A stretch of 49,181 nt of DNA, taken from positions 124,001 through 173,181 of the forward strand of contig BLSG01000411.1 in the NCBI GenBank assembly GCA_012862495.1, read 5' to 3'. The notes under the pieces were generated by a model. That model was not told the origin of the DNA and searched no databases. It worked only from the letters and a program-made list of their open reading frames with translations. Below are positions 41,403-49,181 of this stretch, one piece after another. This DNA is from Thraustochytrium aureum. Lineage: Eukaryota. The number at the start of each line of letters is the position of its first letter. Within the stretch, counting starts at the first letter, position 1. Position numbers and translations under genes: made by a program.

Positions 41403-41990
41403 NNNNNNNNNNNNNNNNNNNNNNNNNNNNNNNNNNNNNNNNNNNNNNNNNNNNNNNNNNNNNNNNNNNNNNNNNNNNNNNNNNNNNNNNNNNNNNNNNN
41501 NNNNNNNNNNNNNNNNNNNNNNNNNNNNNNNNNNNNNNNNNNNNNNNNNNNNNNNNNNNNNNNNNNNNNNNNNNNNNNNNNNNNNNNNNNNNNNNNNNNN
41601 NNNNNNNNNNNNNNNNNNNNNNNNNNNNNNNNNNNNNNNNNNNNNNNNNNNNNNNNNNNNNNNNNNNNNNNNNNNNNNNNNNNNNNNNNNNNNNNNNNNN
41701 NNNNNNNNNNNNNNNNNNNNNNNNNNNNNNNNNNNNNNNNNNNNNNNNNNNNNNNNNNNNNNNNNNNNNNNNNNNNNNNNNNNNNNNNNNNNNNNNNNNN
41801 NNNNNNNNNNNNNNNNNNNNNNNNNNNNNNNNNNNNNNNNNNNNNNNNNNNNNNNNNNNNNNNNNNNNNNNNNNNNNNNNNNNNNNNNNNNNNNNNNNNN
41901 NNNNNNNNNNNNNNNNNNNNNNNNNNNNNNNNNNNNNNNNNNNNNNNNNNNNNNNNNNNNNNNNNNNNNNNNNNNNNNNNNNNNNNNNNG

Positions 41991-42044
41991 GACGAGGACG
42001 AGGGGGATGACGAGGACGAGGATGATGGTCATGAGGAGCTGTGA
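41991..42044 (+). CDS. C-terminal fragment of a probable ER-resident protein (acidic tail ending HEEL-stop)
   Basis: DEDEGDDEDEDDGHEEL* immediately after the gap, followed by AT-richer 3' UTR-like sequence. Confidence 0.55.
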   Translation, partial: DEDEGDDEDEDDGHEEL

Positions 42045-42273
42045 GTTCGACTTTCGGTCCCCTTTTCGGTCCCCTTTTCTGCAGGGCGGAAAGGCCACAC
42101 ATCATCAAAAGGAATGATTCGCAAATGCAGACGCAGTTTGCTCTTCGTGATTCACGACTGCAAGCAGTAGTTTGCTTTTCATAATTTACAAATGCAGGCG
42201 TTGCTTGCGCTTGTACTCCGGCGCAGCCACACCGCCGGCGCAAGCCCGCCGCCCCCCACCCGACGAGCCGACG

Positions 42274-44445
42274 CTAGATAGCCGCCCTCTGCGCAAGATA
42301 CGAAGAAAACACCGCCAGGCCAGCGACCGCGCGGCCGTGCGACGTGCTCGCAGCTCGGCTCGCTTGCGCCGATTCTGCTTGCTCTCTTGTGTAGCTCCAG
42401 GACCGGTCGCCCAGCTTGAATCCGTTGTCGACGAGGTTGTCCTGACTCTTGCCCACGTCCTCCAGGGCGTGGTACGTAAACGCGTCAGAGCCAGCCAGCC
42501 GCGTGGCCAGGGGGTGGTCTGCAGTATTCGACCCGTCGTCCAAAGGGATGGCAAACCCGAGGACCAAGTCGGCCTCCAACTTGAGCTGCCAACCCCAGAA
42601 TGACCGCATGAGGTAGATGACAGGCCCAGGGCCTGACCGCACCCATACAAAGGCCCCATCTTCGGTGGCCGTCGAACGCGTGTACCGCCCCGCATATTCT
42701 CGATACCTCGACGAGGACAGCTCGAACGACTCGAAAAACCGGTAGCATTGGTTGGGCGACGTCGCCCCGACTGGGGCGCGGTGACCAGCTGGGCACTGGA
42801 CGCACGAGTCGCCCTGGCGAAAGAAGTTGGACCGGCAAACCCCAGTCGCTGCGCACCGCGCTTCGATCCAGACCGAGCTGAGTATCGGCTTGGCCTCTGT
42901 TTGTACAAAAAGGAGGTAAAAGTCGAGCCCCATTGGACGATGAAAGTCGCCCCCTACGCTCGTCTCGTCGCTGAGCACGAGTTTAAACGTATTCGTGGCC
43001 CCTGAGCATCGCACGTCGAAGCTCGCCGCGGCGCCCATCGCGGGGTCGAACGCTCCATCGCCTTGCTCCAACACCTGCACCGGATATGCGTTGTAGACAA
43101 AGAGGGTGGCCAGATGGACTTGACCCTCTCCCACCTGGCACGCTAGCTGCGCGAGGTCCAAAGTCCCTGGCTGAGGCACAAACACGCGGTAGAGCGAGAC
43201 GTCCTGCTTCGTTGTGCCACTGAGCTGGACTCGCATGCTCTCGCCGCACGCGATCGCCCCGCGCACGCGAGACCCTGGAGCGCCGGCGTAATCCTTTTCC
43301 CACGTTCGCGGTAGAAACGAGACCTCGACTTGCAGACGCTGGCCGTCGGCGGATTTTTGCAGGACAGAGATCTTGGCTGCAGTCCCATCCAGGTCGTAGA
43401 CGAACGATTCGCCAACCGCGAGGTAGGATCGGGCCAAGCTTGGCTCAACAAGTTCTGTCGGGCCGTAGATGGAGAGCACCTCGGCTCCGTTCGGCCCGAG
43501 ACCCGTGCTACTGGGGGCCCAAACCAGCGTTGCCCCGTCCACACCGAGCTCGGCTGCGTATTTCGCTCGAAACTCGACCCACAAGGGCCGCCCAGGCTGG
43601 CCCGTCATTATGCGGATCGCGTACGTGGCGGTCGGCCTCCACGGCCCTCCTGCGTCGTGGGCTTCGAGCCACACTGTGGCAGAGGTTTCGCAAGCACCGC
43701 CGTCGGCTGGGGGGCACTCGGGATGGGTCGCGCCGTTGGCAAACGTCTTCACCTGCGCGGCAACATCGAGCCACTTCATAGACGCCTTGCCGGCGGCGGT
43801 GAAGTGCGCGGAAGGCGGCGCGCCCTGGTTGCCCATGACGGTAAGCGCGTTTCCGTACTCTCGCCCGTTATTCCTTGCGTGGCGGGCCCCATTCGTGTGG
43901 CCCAGCTCGTGGGCAATGGCCATCGGGATGGCCGGGTTGCCCTCGGCGGCGCCGATCACGGCGAGGTTCCCGAAGACAGGCGCGCCCCCGAGCGGCAGGC
44001 ACGCGCAGCCGCCCTTGTAAACTACCACCGTGCGCTGATAAGACGCCGTGCCCGAGTACTTTGCGCTGCCGCTCTGTACGAGGGCAGCGGCGAGAGCATC
44101 AGCAGTGTCTAGGTTGGGACATTTGCTCGAGTCGACCGCGCAGTCCGCTGTCTGAAAGGGGCCTTGCGTGAAGACATGGGGGACGTCGAAGGCGGCCCGG
44201 AAGCTACCTCCGCTCGCTTCCGCAAAAAACGCCTCTTGCTCAGCAAACACGCCGTCCCAGTACAGCCAGTACCCTGCGTCGACGGCTGGTCTCGGTGCGT
44301 CACGCGCGACCGCCACGACGACCAGGACGGGGACCTCGCTCTCGCTCCTGGTCCACGACGCATACCGCACCTTGGCCCCAACCGGCACGACCGCGCTGGC
44401 AGCAAGGCCTCCAGCGGCCGCCGCAAGCCAGGCCATCGACACCAT
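42274..44445 (-). CDS. Secreted metzincin metallopeptidase (M11 gametolysin-like) with a Cys-rich GCC2/GCC3-like repeat
   Basis: Hydrophobic N-terminus, HELGHTNGARH (HExxHxxGxxH), EYGNALTVMG Met-turn, CVQCPAGHRAPVGATSPNQC and a moderately hydrophobic C-terminus. Confidence 0.8.
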   Translation of the reverse strand: MVSMAWLAAAAGGLAASAVVPVGAKVRYASWTRSESEVPVLVVVAVARDAPRPAVDAGYWLYWDGVFAEQEAFFAEASGGSFRAAFDVPHVFTQGPFQTADCAVDSSKCPNLDTADALAAALVQSGSAKYSGTASYQRTVVVYKGGCACLPLGGAPVFGNLAVIGAAEGNPAIPMAIAHELGHTNGARHARNNGREYGNALTVMGNQGAPPSAHFTAAGKASMKWLDVAAQVKTFANGATHPECPPADGGACETSATVWLEAHDAGGPWRPTATYAIRIMTGQPGRPLWVEFRAKYAAELGVDGATLVWAPSSTGLGPNGAEVLSIYGPTELVEPSLARSYLAVGESFVYDLDGTAAKISVLQKSADGQRLQVEVSFLPRTWEKDYAGAPGSRVRGAIACGESMRVQLSGTTKQDVSLYRVFVPQPGTLDLAQLACQVGEGQVHLATLFVYNAYPVQVLEQGDGAFDPAMGAAASFDVRCSGATNTFKLVLSDETSVGGDFHRPMGLDFYLLFVQTEAKPILSSVWIEARCAATGVCRSNFFRQGDSCVQCPAGHRAPVGATSPNQCYRFFESFELSSSRYREYAGRYTRSTATEDGAFVWVRSGPGPVIYLMRSFWGWQLKLEADLVLGFAIPLDDGSNTADHPLATRLAGSDAFTYHALEDVGKSQDNLVDNGFKLGDRSWSYTREQAESAQASRAASTSHGRAVAGLAVFSSYLAQRAAI

Positions 44446-44959
44446 TTTCGCTGCCTTGTACGCTCCACCTTGCGCGACCTCGATGCCCGCCTCGAGCTCC
44501 AGCAGGCTGCGCGCCGCGCCGACCGCTCAGCAAGGCGTCCAAGGCCGCTTGGCAAGGCCCGTTGGCCCGCCCTCGCGCAGGCCAGGCAGGCGGCCTGGTC
44601 GGCAGCGGGACGCGGGCTGGGCGCTGTGGCTCGCTTGCGCGCACGTGCCGGAGTCGTTTTGGACTCTGAATTCTGGTTTTGGACGTGGCCTTTCGTGCGA
44701 CATTCCATCGCGTTCACTCGACATTGATGATGCTGGCTGGACGTCGGCTTGGCTGGCCGGCGCCGAGGCCCTGCCTGCCTGCCTGCCTGTCGATGGAGGT
44801 AAGCAGCTGCAGTACGAGCAGGCTGGCATCTGCAAGTGCTATCTCTTGCACTTGGCCATCGAGCTCCTTGTCCTGCGAAATGGAAAACGGAGGGACTTTG
44901 GACCAACCACGCGGCGCTGCATGCGCGCTGCGAGAGCCCCTGAGCTTGCGGTCATGCGT

Positions 44960-45016
44960 GGGGCTTGCGGTGGTTTTGGGGCTTGCGGTGGTTTTGGAGC
45001 TGCGGTGGTTTTGGAG
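44960..45016. repeat. ~18-bp tandem repeat (GGGCTTGCGGTGGTTTTG) x3
   Basis: Direct reading, downstream of the nucleotidase-kinase stop codon. Confidence 0.8.
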
Positions 45017-45073
45017 TGCGAGTGGGTTCTATTTATGGTCGAGGTCGGCCCTCCTGCGGCGTGCGAGGTGGGT

Positions 45074-46615
45074 TTACTGCGAGCTGAGCTCTTTGCGGGT
45101 GCTTCGCCGGCGAAAGGATGGGAGACGCGACTTGCGCCGCGACCTGGGCACCTCTGTGCCCTTCATCATCACGGTAAAGCACGAGACGGTGTCGTGAAAC
45201 ACCTCGTCGATCGAGCGGGCCGCGTCCACCGTGTACAAAAGGTCCTGCTCGCGGAACGTGTCAACCACGGGGAGCGTTTTTTGGTTGAAGGTGGCAAAGC
45301 GCTTCTTGGCCGTTTCGACGTTGTCGTCAGCGCGGACCTGCCCCTCGGCGCTGGTGGCCGCGCGGTTCATGATGCGCGCGAGCATGTCCTCCTCTTCGCA
45401 CTCGTAGTACAGCACGCCTACAAGGCGCGCCTCACCGGCGTCGATGATGTGTTCGTAAAAGGTCTCGTAGTTTTCAGTGTCGCGCGGGCAGCCATCAACA
45501 AGGAACGTGAGCGCGTCGCTGCGGTTCATAGCCTTGACGATCAGCTTCATCGTGATCCAGGACGGCACAAGCTTGCCTTCCTTGATGCAATCCTCGATGA
45601 GCTGGGCGTGCTCCGAGCTGGGGTCGCCGCGCTCCTCGCGAAGCAGGTCGCCCGCGGAGAGATGCTCGAGGCTTGCAAACGATTCTACCAGCCGCGCGCA
45701 TTGCGTGCCTTTGCCGCTGCCCGGGCCGCCGAGCACAACGACGATCCGGCGCTCGCCGCCTTCGTCGATGATGTGCTCCTCCGGGGCCTCGCCTGTCTCG
45801 GCAGACTTTGCATCGTCCGCATCGACGACGAGCGGGTCGGAGAACACTGCCACTTCCCCGGACAACCGCGCGCCTCCGCTGTCCTTTGGAGCCCGGAACA
45901 GCGCCGGCATCACCTCCGGCAGCTCAAGGAGGTCGTCGACCATAAAGTCGGCCTCCGGGCACACGATGGGCTTGCCGGTCCCGCGCTCTTTGAGCCCGAC
46001 AAGGCAGGTCTTGAGCCCGATGCGGCGCGCGGTTTGCATGTTTTTGACCGAGTCGTCGAACAAAATGCACTTTTTGGGATCGGCTATGTTTGCCATCTCC
46101 ATCGCGATGACGAACGAGGCGGGGTCGTGCTTGGTCTGCAGGCCCACCGAGCGGCAGTCCACGATGCCCTCGAACAGGTCATCAATGCCAAGCAGCTTGA
46201 GGCACCGCTCCGCGTGCTCCTTGATGGACGCTGTAAACACCCAGCGCCGCTTGTGGCCGAGCTTGAGGATCATCTCGCGCAGTTCCGGGCGCGGGCCGAT
46301 CTCCTCCAGCGAGACATCGTGCACCTCTGTCAAGAAGTGCTCGATTTTGTCCTCGGGGAGGTGGTTGTGCTTCATCAGCCCTCGCAGCGCAGTCCCGTGC
46401 TCCAAGTAAAGCTCGAAGGCCGCATTTTCGTCGAGCCCGAGCTCCTCGACCGTGTACCGCTCAATTGACGACTTTAAGCGCTCGGCCGTCGCCCAGCTGT
46501 TCTGGTACAACGTGTCGTCGCAGTCGAAAAACAGCACCTCGAGGTCCTCGAGGTCCTTGTTGCTCACACGATTGCTGTCGCCGAGGCCGACCGCTCCGCT
46601 CATGCAGCACCCCAT
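45074..46615 (-). CDS. Fusion of HAD pyrimidine 5'-nucleotidase (SDT1/PHM8-like) and UMP-CMP/adenylate kinase, with N-terminal acylation motif
   Basis: MGCCMS start. HAD motifs FFDCDDTLY, HGTALRGL, VFTAS, TKHDP and LFDDSVKN. Kinase motifs VLGGPGSGKGTQC, HLSAGDLLREE, GKLVP, FLVDGCPR and RADDN. One uninterrupted 513-aa ORF. Confidence 0.9.
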   Translation of the reverse strand: MGCCMSGAVGLGDSNRVSNKDLEDLEVLFFDCDDTLYQNSWATAERLKSSIERYTVEELGLDENAAFELYLEHGTALRGLMKHNHLPEDKIEHFLTEVHDVSLEEIGPRPELREMILKLGHKRRWVFTASIKEHAERCLKLLGIDDLFEGIVDCRSVGLQTKHDPASFVIAMEMANIADPKKCILFDDSVKNMQTARRIGLKTCLVGLKERGTGKPIVCPEADFMVDDLLELPEVMPALFRAPKDSGGARLSGEVAVFSDPLVVDADDAKSAETGEAPEEHIIDEGGERRIVVVLGGPGSGKGTQCARLVESFASLEHLSAGDLLREERGDPSSEHAQLIEDCIKEGKLVPSWITMKLIVKAMNRSDALTFLVDGCPRDTENYETFYEHIIDAGEARLVGVLYYECEEEDMLARIMNRAATSAEGQVRADDNVETAKKRFATFNQKTLPVVDTFREQDLLYTVDAARSIDEVFHDTVSCFTVMMKGTEVPRSRRKSRLPSFRRRSTRKELSSQ

Positions 46616-46772
46616 CTTTTGCTCTCCGCGTTTGCGTTTGGATACTGGTGCTGTTACTTGTCCAATACACCGTGATGCGCCCGCAGGAGCTGGCGTTTCA
46701 AATCTTGGTCCCGTCCGTCACGGGAAATACCTACAACCCGTACCGCAGCGAACACAAACCGCAAGCCGCTCG

Positions 46773-48551
46773 ATGGCGCGCACGTTCGACTGCGATCGGG
46801 CTCTGGACACCTTTTCCCAAGCGCGCCTTCGCTCGTCGCTGCCCGAGTCGTCCCAGCGGGGTCCCGTGCGTGCGCTTCTCAGCAGGAACAACCAACAGAC
46901 GCGCGGCCCGCAGGCAGGCAGACTCTTTGCGTCACGCGCGCCCTCCGACAGCCGCGGCGCCCCAGCAGCCCAGCGCAAAGTGCCCAGCCAGGCACGCTTG
47001 CGCGCGCGCGAATCGGCTCAGCCTCCCGCCGTCGCCACTTCGCGCAGTCCACGGCCAGCCTGGTGGGCTGGGGGAGGCCTCGAGCGTCACAGCCGCGAAC
47101 AGCGCTCGCCCACACCCCGAACAACAGCCCGGTCTCACGCGTCTCGCGAGCGCAACCAGCCGGATACCGCTGCCGCACCGAGGCCAGCCGCCGAGCGTCC
47201 TGCAAGTCGTCCAGCCCGAGCGCTTCGCGGCTTTCGCGCATGCGCAGAGCTGGTTTCGAGTCTGCCAGCGAGCGAGCGAGCCCACATGATCCCCGCCAGA
47301 GGAGGTCAGGCAGCCCAGCCAGGTGTGCACCGGTGAATCTGGCTCCCTCGTCGCTCTCCAGGCCGCCGCCGCGCAGGGCCAGCCCCGCCAGGGCCAGCTC
47401 CGCCAGGGCCGGCTCCGTCGAGGCTGCCTCGCCAGGAGCTGGAGGGCGGCTGGCCGGGCATGCGTGCCCCGGTCTTCCTTCGTGGAAGGCGCACGAGCCG
47501 AAGCGGTGTGCTCCCGAGGTCCACCACGACTCGGAGACCGTGCTAGCCGCCTCCTCCAGGCAGCCGGGCAGGACGGTGCTCGGTGCCGACTGCCTGGGGA
47601 GGCTGGCTGCGCCCCGTCGTCGGCGCGGATGAATGAGCTGGCCGGAGCGGCTTTCGCGAGCAGTTTGGCAGCGCCAGCAGCAGCGGCAGTGCCGCCGTGG
47701 GCCAAGTCGAAGGCAGCAGAGCCCATCTTGGTTGAACTCAAGGACGCGTGGCGGCGCATCATCAACGCCGGCCAGGCCAGAGCCGTCCTGCGCGACATCG
47801 GCGGCTGCGCCTTGCACGGCCCCTCGCCCTTGTGGGTTTGGCCGGGCAAAAGGTTAATTTCGTCCGGAGGTCCAGACTTCCGCAGCTTTTTTGGGGGCAG
47901 CGAGGAAGCCGTGAGTGAGAAAGCGAGTCTCTCAAACGGCGCACGGGATCATTATTGCAAAATCGGAGTTACTCGATGGCAGCGGCAGGCTTGCGCCAGC
48001 GATGATTTCTTGATCTAGATGAGCTTGCCGCTTGCCGGCATGGGCGGCGGCAGGTCGGCGCCTTTCTTGCGCCAGCACTTGCGCCAACGACGAGGTCTGC
48101 CCCGAGGACAACGGTGGCTCCCACTTGGCCAGCCTCAACGAGAACGGCAGCTCCACGTCTGTGGCCTTGCACTTTGTGAGACCCACCGAGGCCCGGTTGC
48201 TCTGGTAGGTCCCTTCGGTTTCATGCGGCATTCGGCACTCTGGCAACCAGTCTGCACAAAGCCCAAGGTCGACTTGAGGGCTGGTGGCGCGCAACCAAAC
48301 TGAACAGATAGATATGTACGCCTCCCGCACTTCCACTTGCACGAATGGCGCGGGCCGAACTTGCGACTTCAGACGCCCTTTTAGTGGCGTTCGTAAAGGC
48401 AAGGGCCGTTCGTTCGTGCCGCGATATAACCAAGTTCGAGTCGCTCGGCATCTCTGTTAAAAGGTCTGCCGCACAAGGAGTTCTCTCAGGCTGGCGGACC
48501 CACGACCTCACACTTGCCCGTCTTCACGTGTCCCCATTGCGCGTCCGCTGA
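46773..48551 (+). other. Possible fragmented hypothetical gene or pseudogene
   Basis: A succession of plus-strand ORF pieces (MARTFDCD.., ..AEPILVELKDAWRRIINAG.., ..DALLVAFVKARAVRSC..) fills 1.8 kb between flanking genes. No family recognised. Confidence 0.25.
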
Positions 48552-49180
48552 ATCAGCTCCAGGACACACAGCTGGTGCGAGCTGTCAAACACCGCTACGA
48601 ACGACCCGTCCGCCGCTGCCACGCTGTAGTCCAGACCGGAGTCGCAAGTGAAGCCCACCACAGGAGTTGATCCGGCCCCGCTGGCAACAGACACCGTGCT
48701 CCCGCGCTGTGCCGGCGCCGGCATCTGGAGCTCCTCCTGCGCCAGAACCGCTGCCGCATGCGCGTCCTCTATTGGTTCGCCCGTTGCTAGTGACCACGCG
48801 AGCACGCGGCCAGATGAGTCCCTCGAAACGATGCAGTCGCCGTCGCGCGAGACGGCCACGGCCCTGACACTTTCGGTGTGGCCCTCGAGCCGCAGAAGCT
48901 CCTGCCCCGACTCGGCGTCCCATACACGGACGGTCGTGTCGTCGCTCGCTGAAACGATGCGGTCGTCGTCGCGCGAGAGGGCCACGGCCCAGACCCCAGA
49001 CTCGTGTCCATCGAGCCGCCGAAGCTCCCGCCCCGACTTGGCATCCCAGATGCGGACGGTCTCGTCGTTGCTTCCCGAAACGATGCGGCCGCCGTCGCGC
49101 GAGAGGACCACGACCAAGATACGATCGCTGTGACCCTCGAGCCGCGAGAGCTGCTGCCCCGGCTCAGCATCCCAGATACG
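48524..49180 (-). CDS. C-terminus of a WD40-repeat protein with highly similar 42-aa repeats (HET-E/NACHT-WD40-like), 5'-truncated
   Basis: The frame is open to the window edge; three near-identical units RIWDA.SG.EL.RLEGH...V.AVALSRDG.RIVS.S.D.TV. Confidence 0.85.
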   Translation of the reverse strand, partial: RIWDAEPGQQLSRLEGHSDRILVVVLSRDGGRIVSGSNDETVRIWDAKSGRELRRLDGHESGVWAVALSRDDDRIVSASDDTTVRVWDAESGQELLRLEGHTESVRAVAVSRDGDCIVSRDSSGRVLAWSLATGEPIEDAHAAAVLAQEELQMPAPAQRGSTVSVASGAGSTPVVGFTCDSGLDYSVAAADGSFVAVFDSSHQLCVLELIQRTRNGDT

Positions 49181-49181
49181 T

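Noticed and set aside
41074..42243. ORFs spanning N-gaps (also at 13.7, 25.5, 28.3 and 38.8 kb)
   Set aside because: Continuity is an artefact of N runs containing no stop codons.
44168..46468. 766-aa plus-strand ORF
   Set aside because: Antisense shadow of the nucleotidase-kinase gene in GC-rich DNA; no motifs.

Overview
GC-rich, gene-dense, intron-poor eukaryotic scaffold with five N-gaps (13705-13952, 25480-25678, 28279-28379, 38734-38949, 41403-41989). Gene content (SBDS with C-terminal Zn finger, WRKY19-like Cys/His repeats, TmcB/C-like PAS proteins, EF-hand/WD40 protein, short GT-AG introns with CTGAC branch points) suggests a flagellated protist, probably a stramenopile such as a thraustochytrid (inference). 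Genes in order: DBT (partial), ankyrin protein, methylmalonyl-CoA epimerase, CWC27, dynein intermediate chain, a head-to-head pair of TmcB/C-like PAS membrane proteins (one broken), EF-hand/WD40 protein, a hypothetical, uS17m, AVL9/DENN-MORN protein, WRKY19-like Zn-finger protein, about 6.5 kb of microsatellite-rich intergenic DNA, TPR/FHA protein, SBDS, fragments flanking a gap, M11-like metalloprotease, an acylated HAD nucleotidase/NMP kinase fusion and a WD40 tail. The most unusual signals are (1) an array of 8 degenerate two-block repeats with ~57-bp period and non-repeating intervening sequence at 24160-24590, between divergent genes, and (2) the nucleotidase-kinase fusion. Several frameshifts fall in homopolymers and are probably assembly errors. 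No tRNA, rRNA, true CRISPR-cas or transposase was recognised. All family assignments come from recognising motifs by eye; no searches were run.
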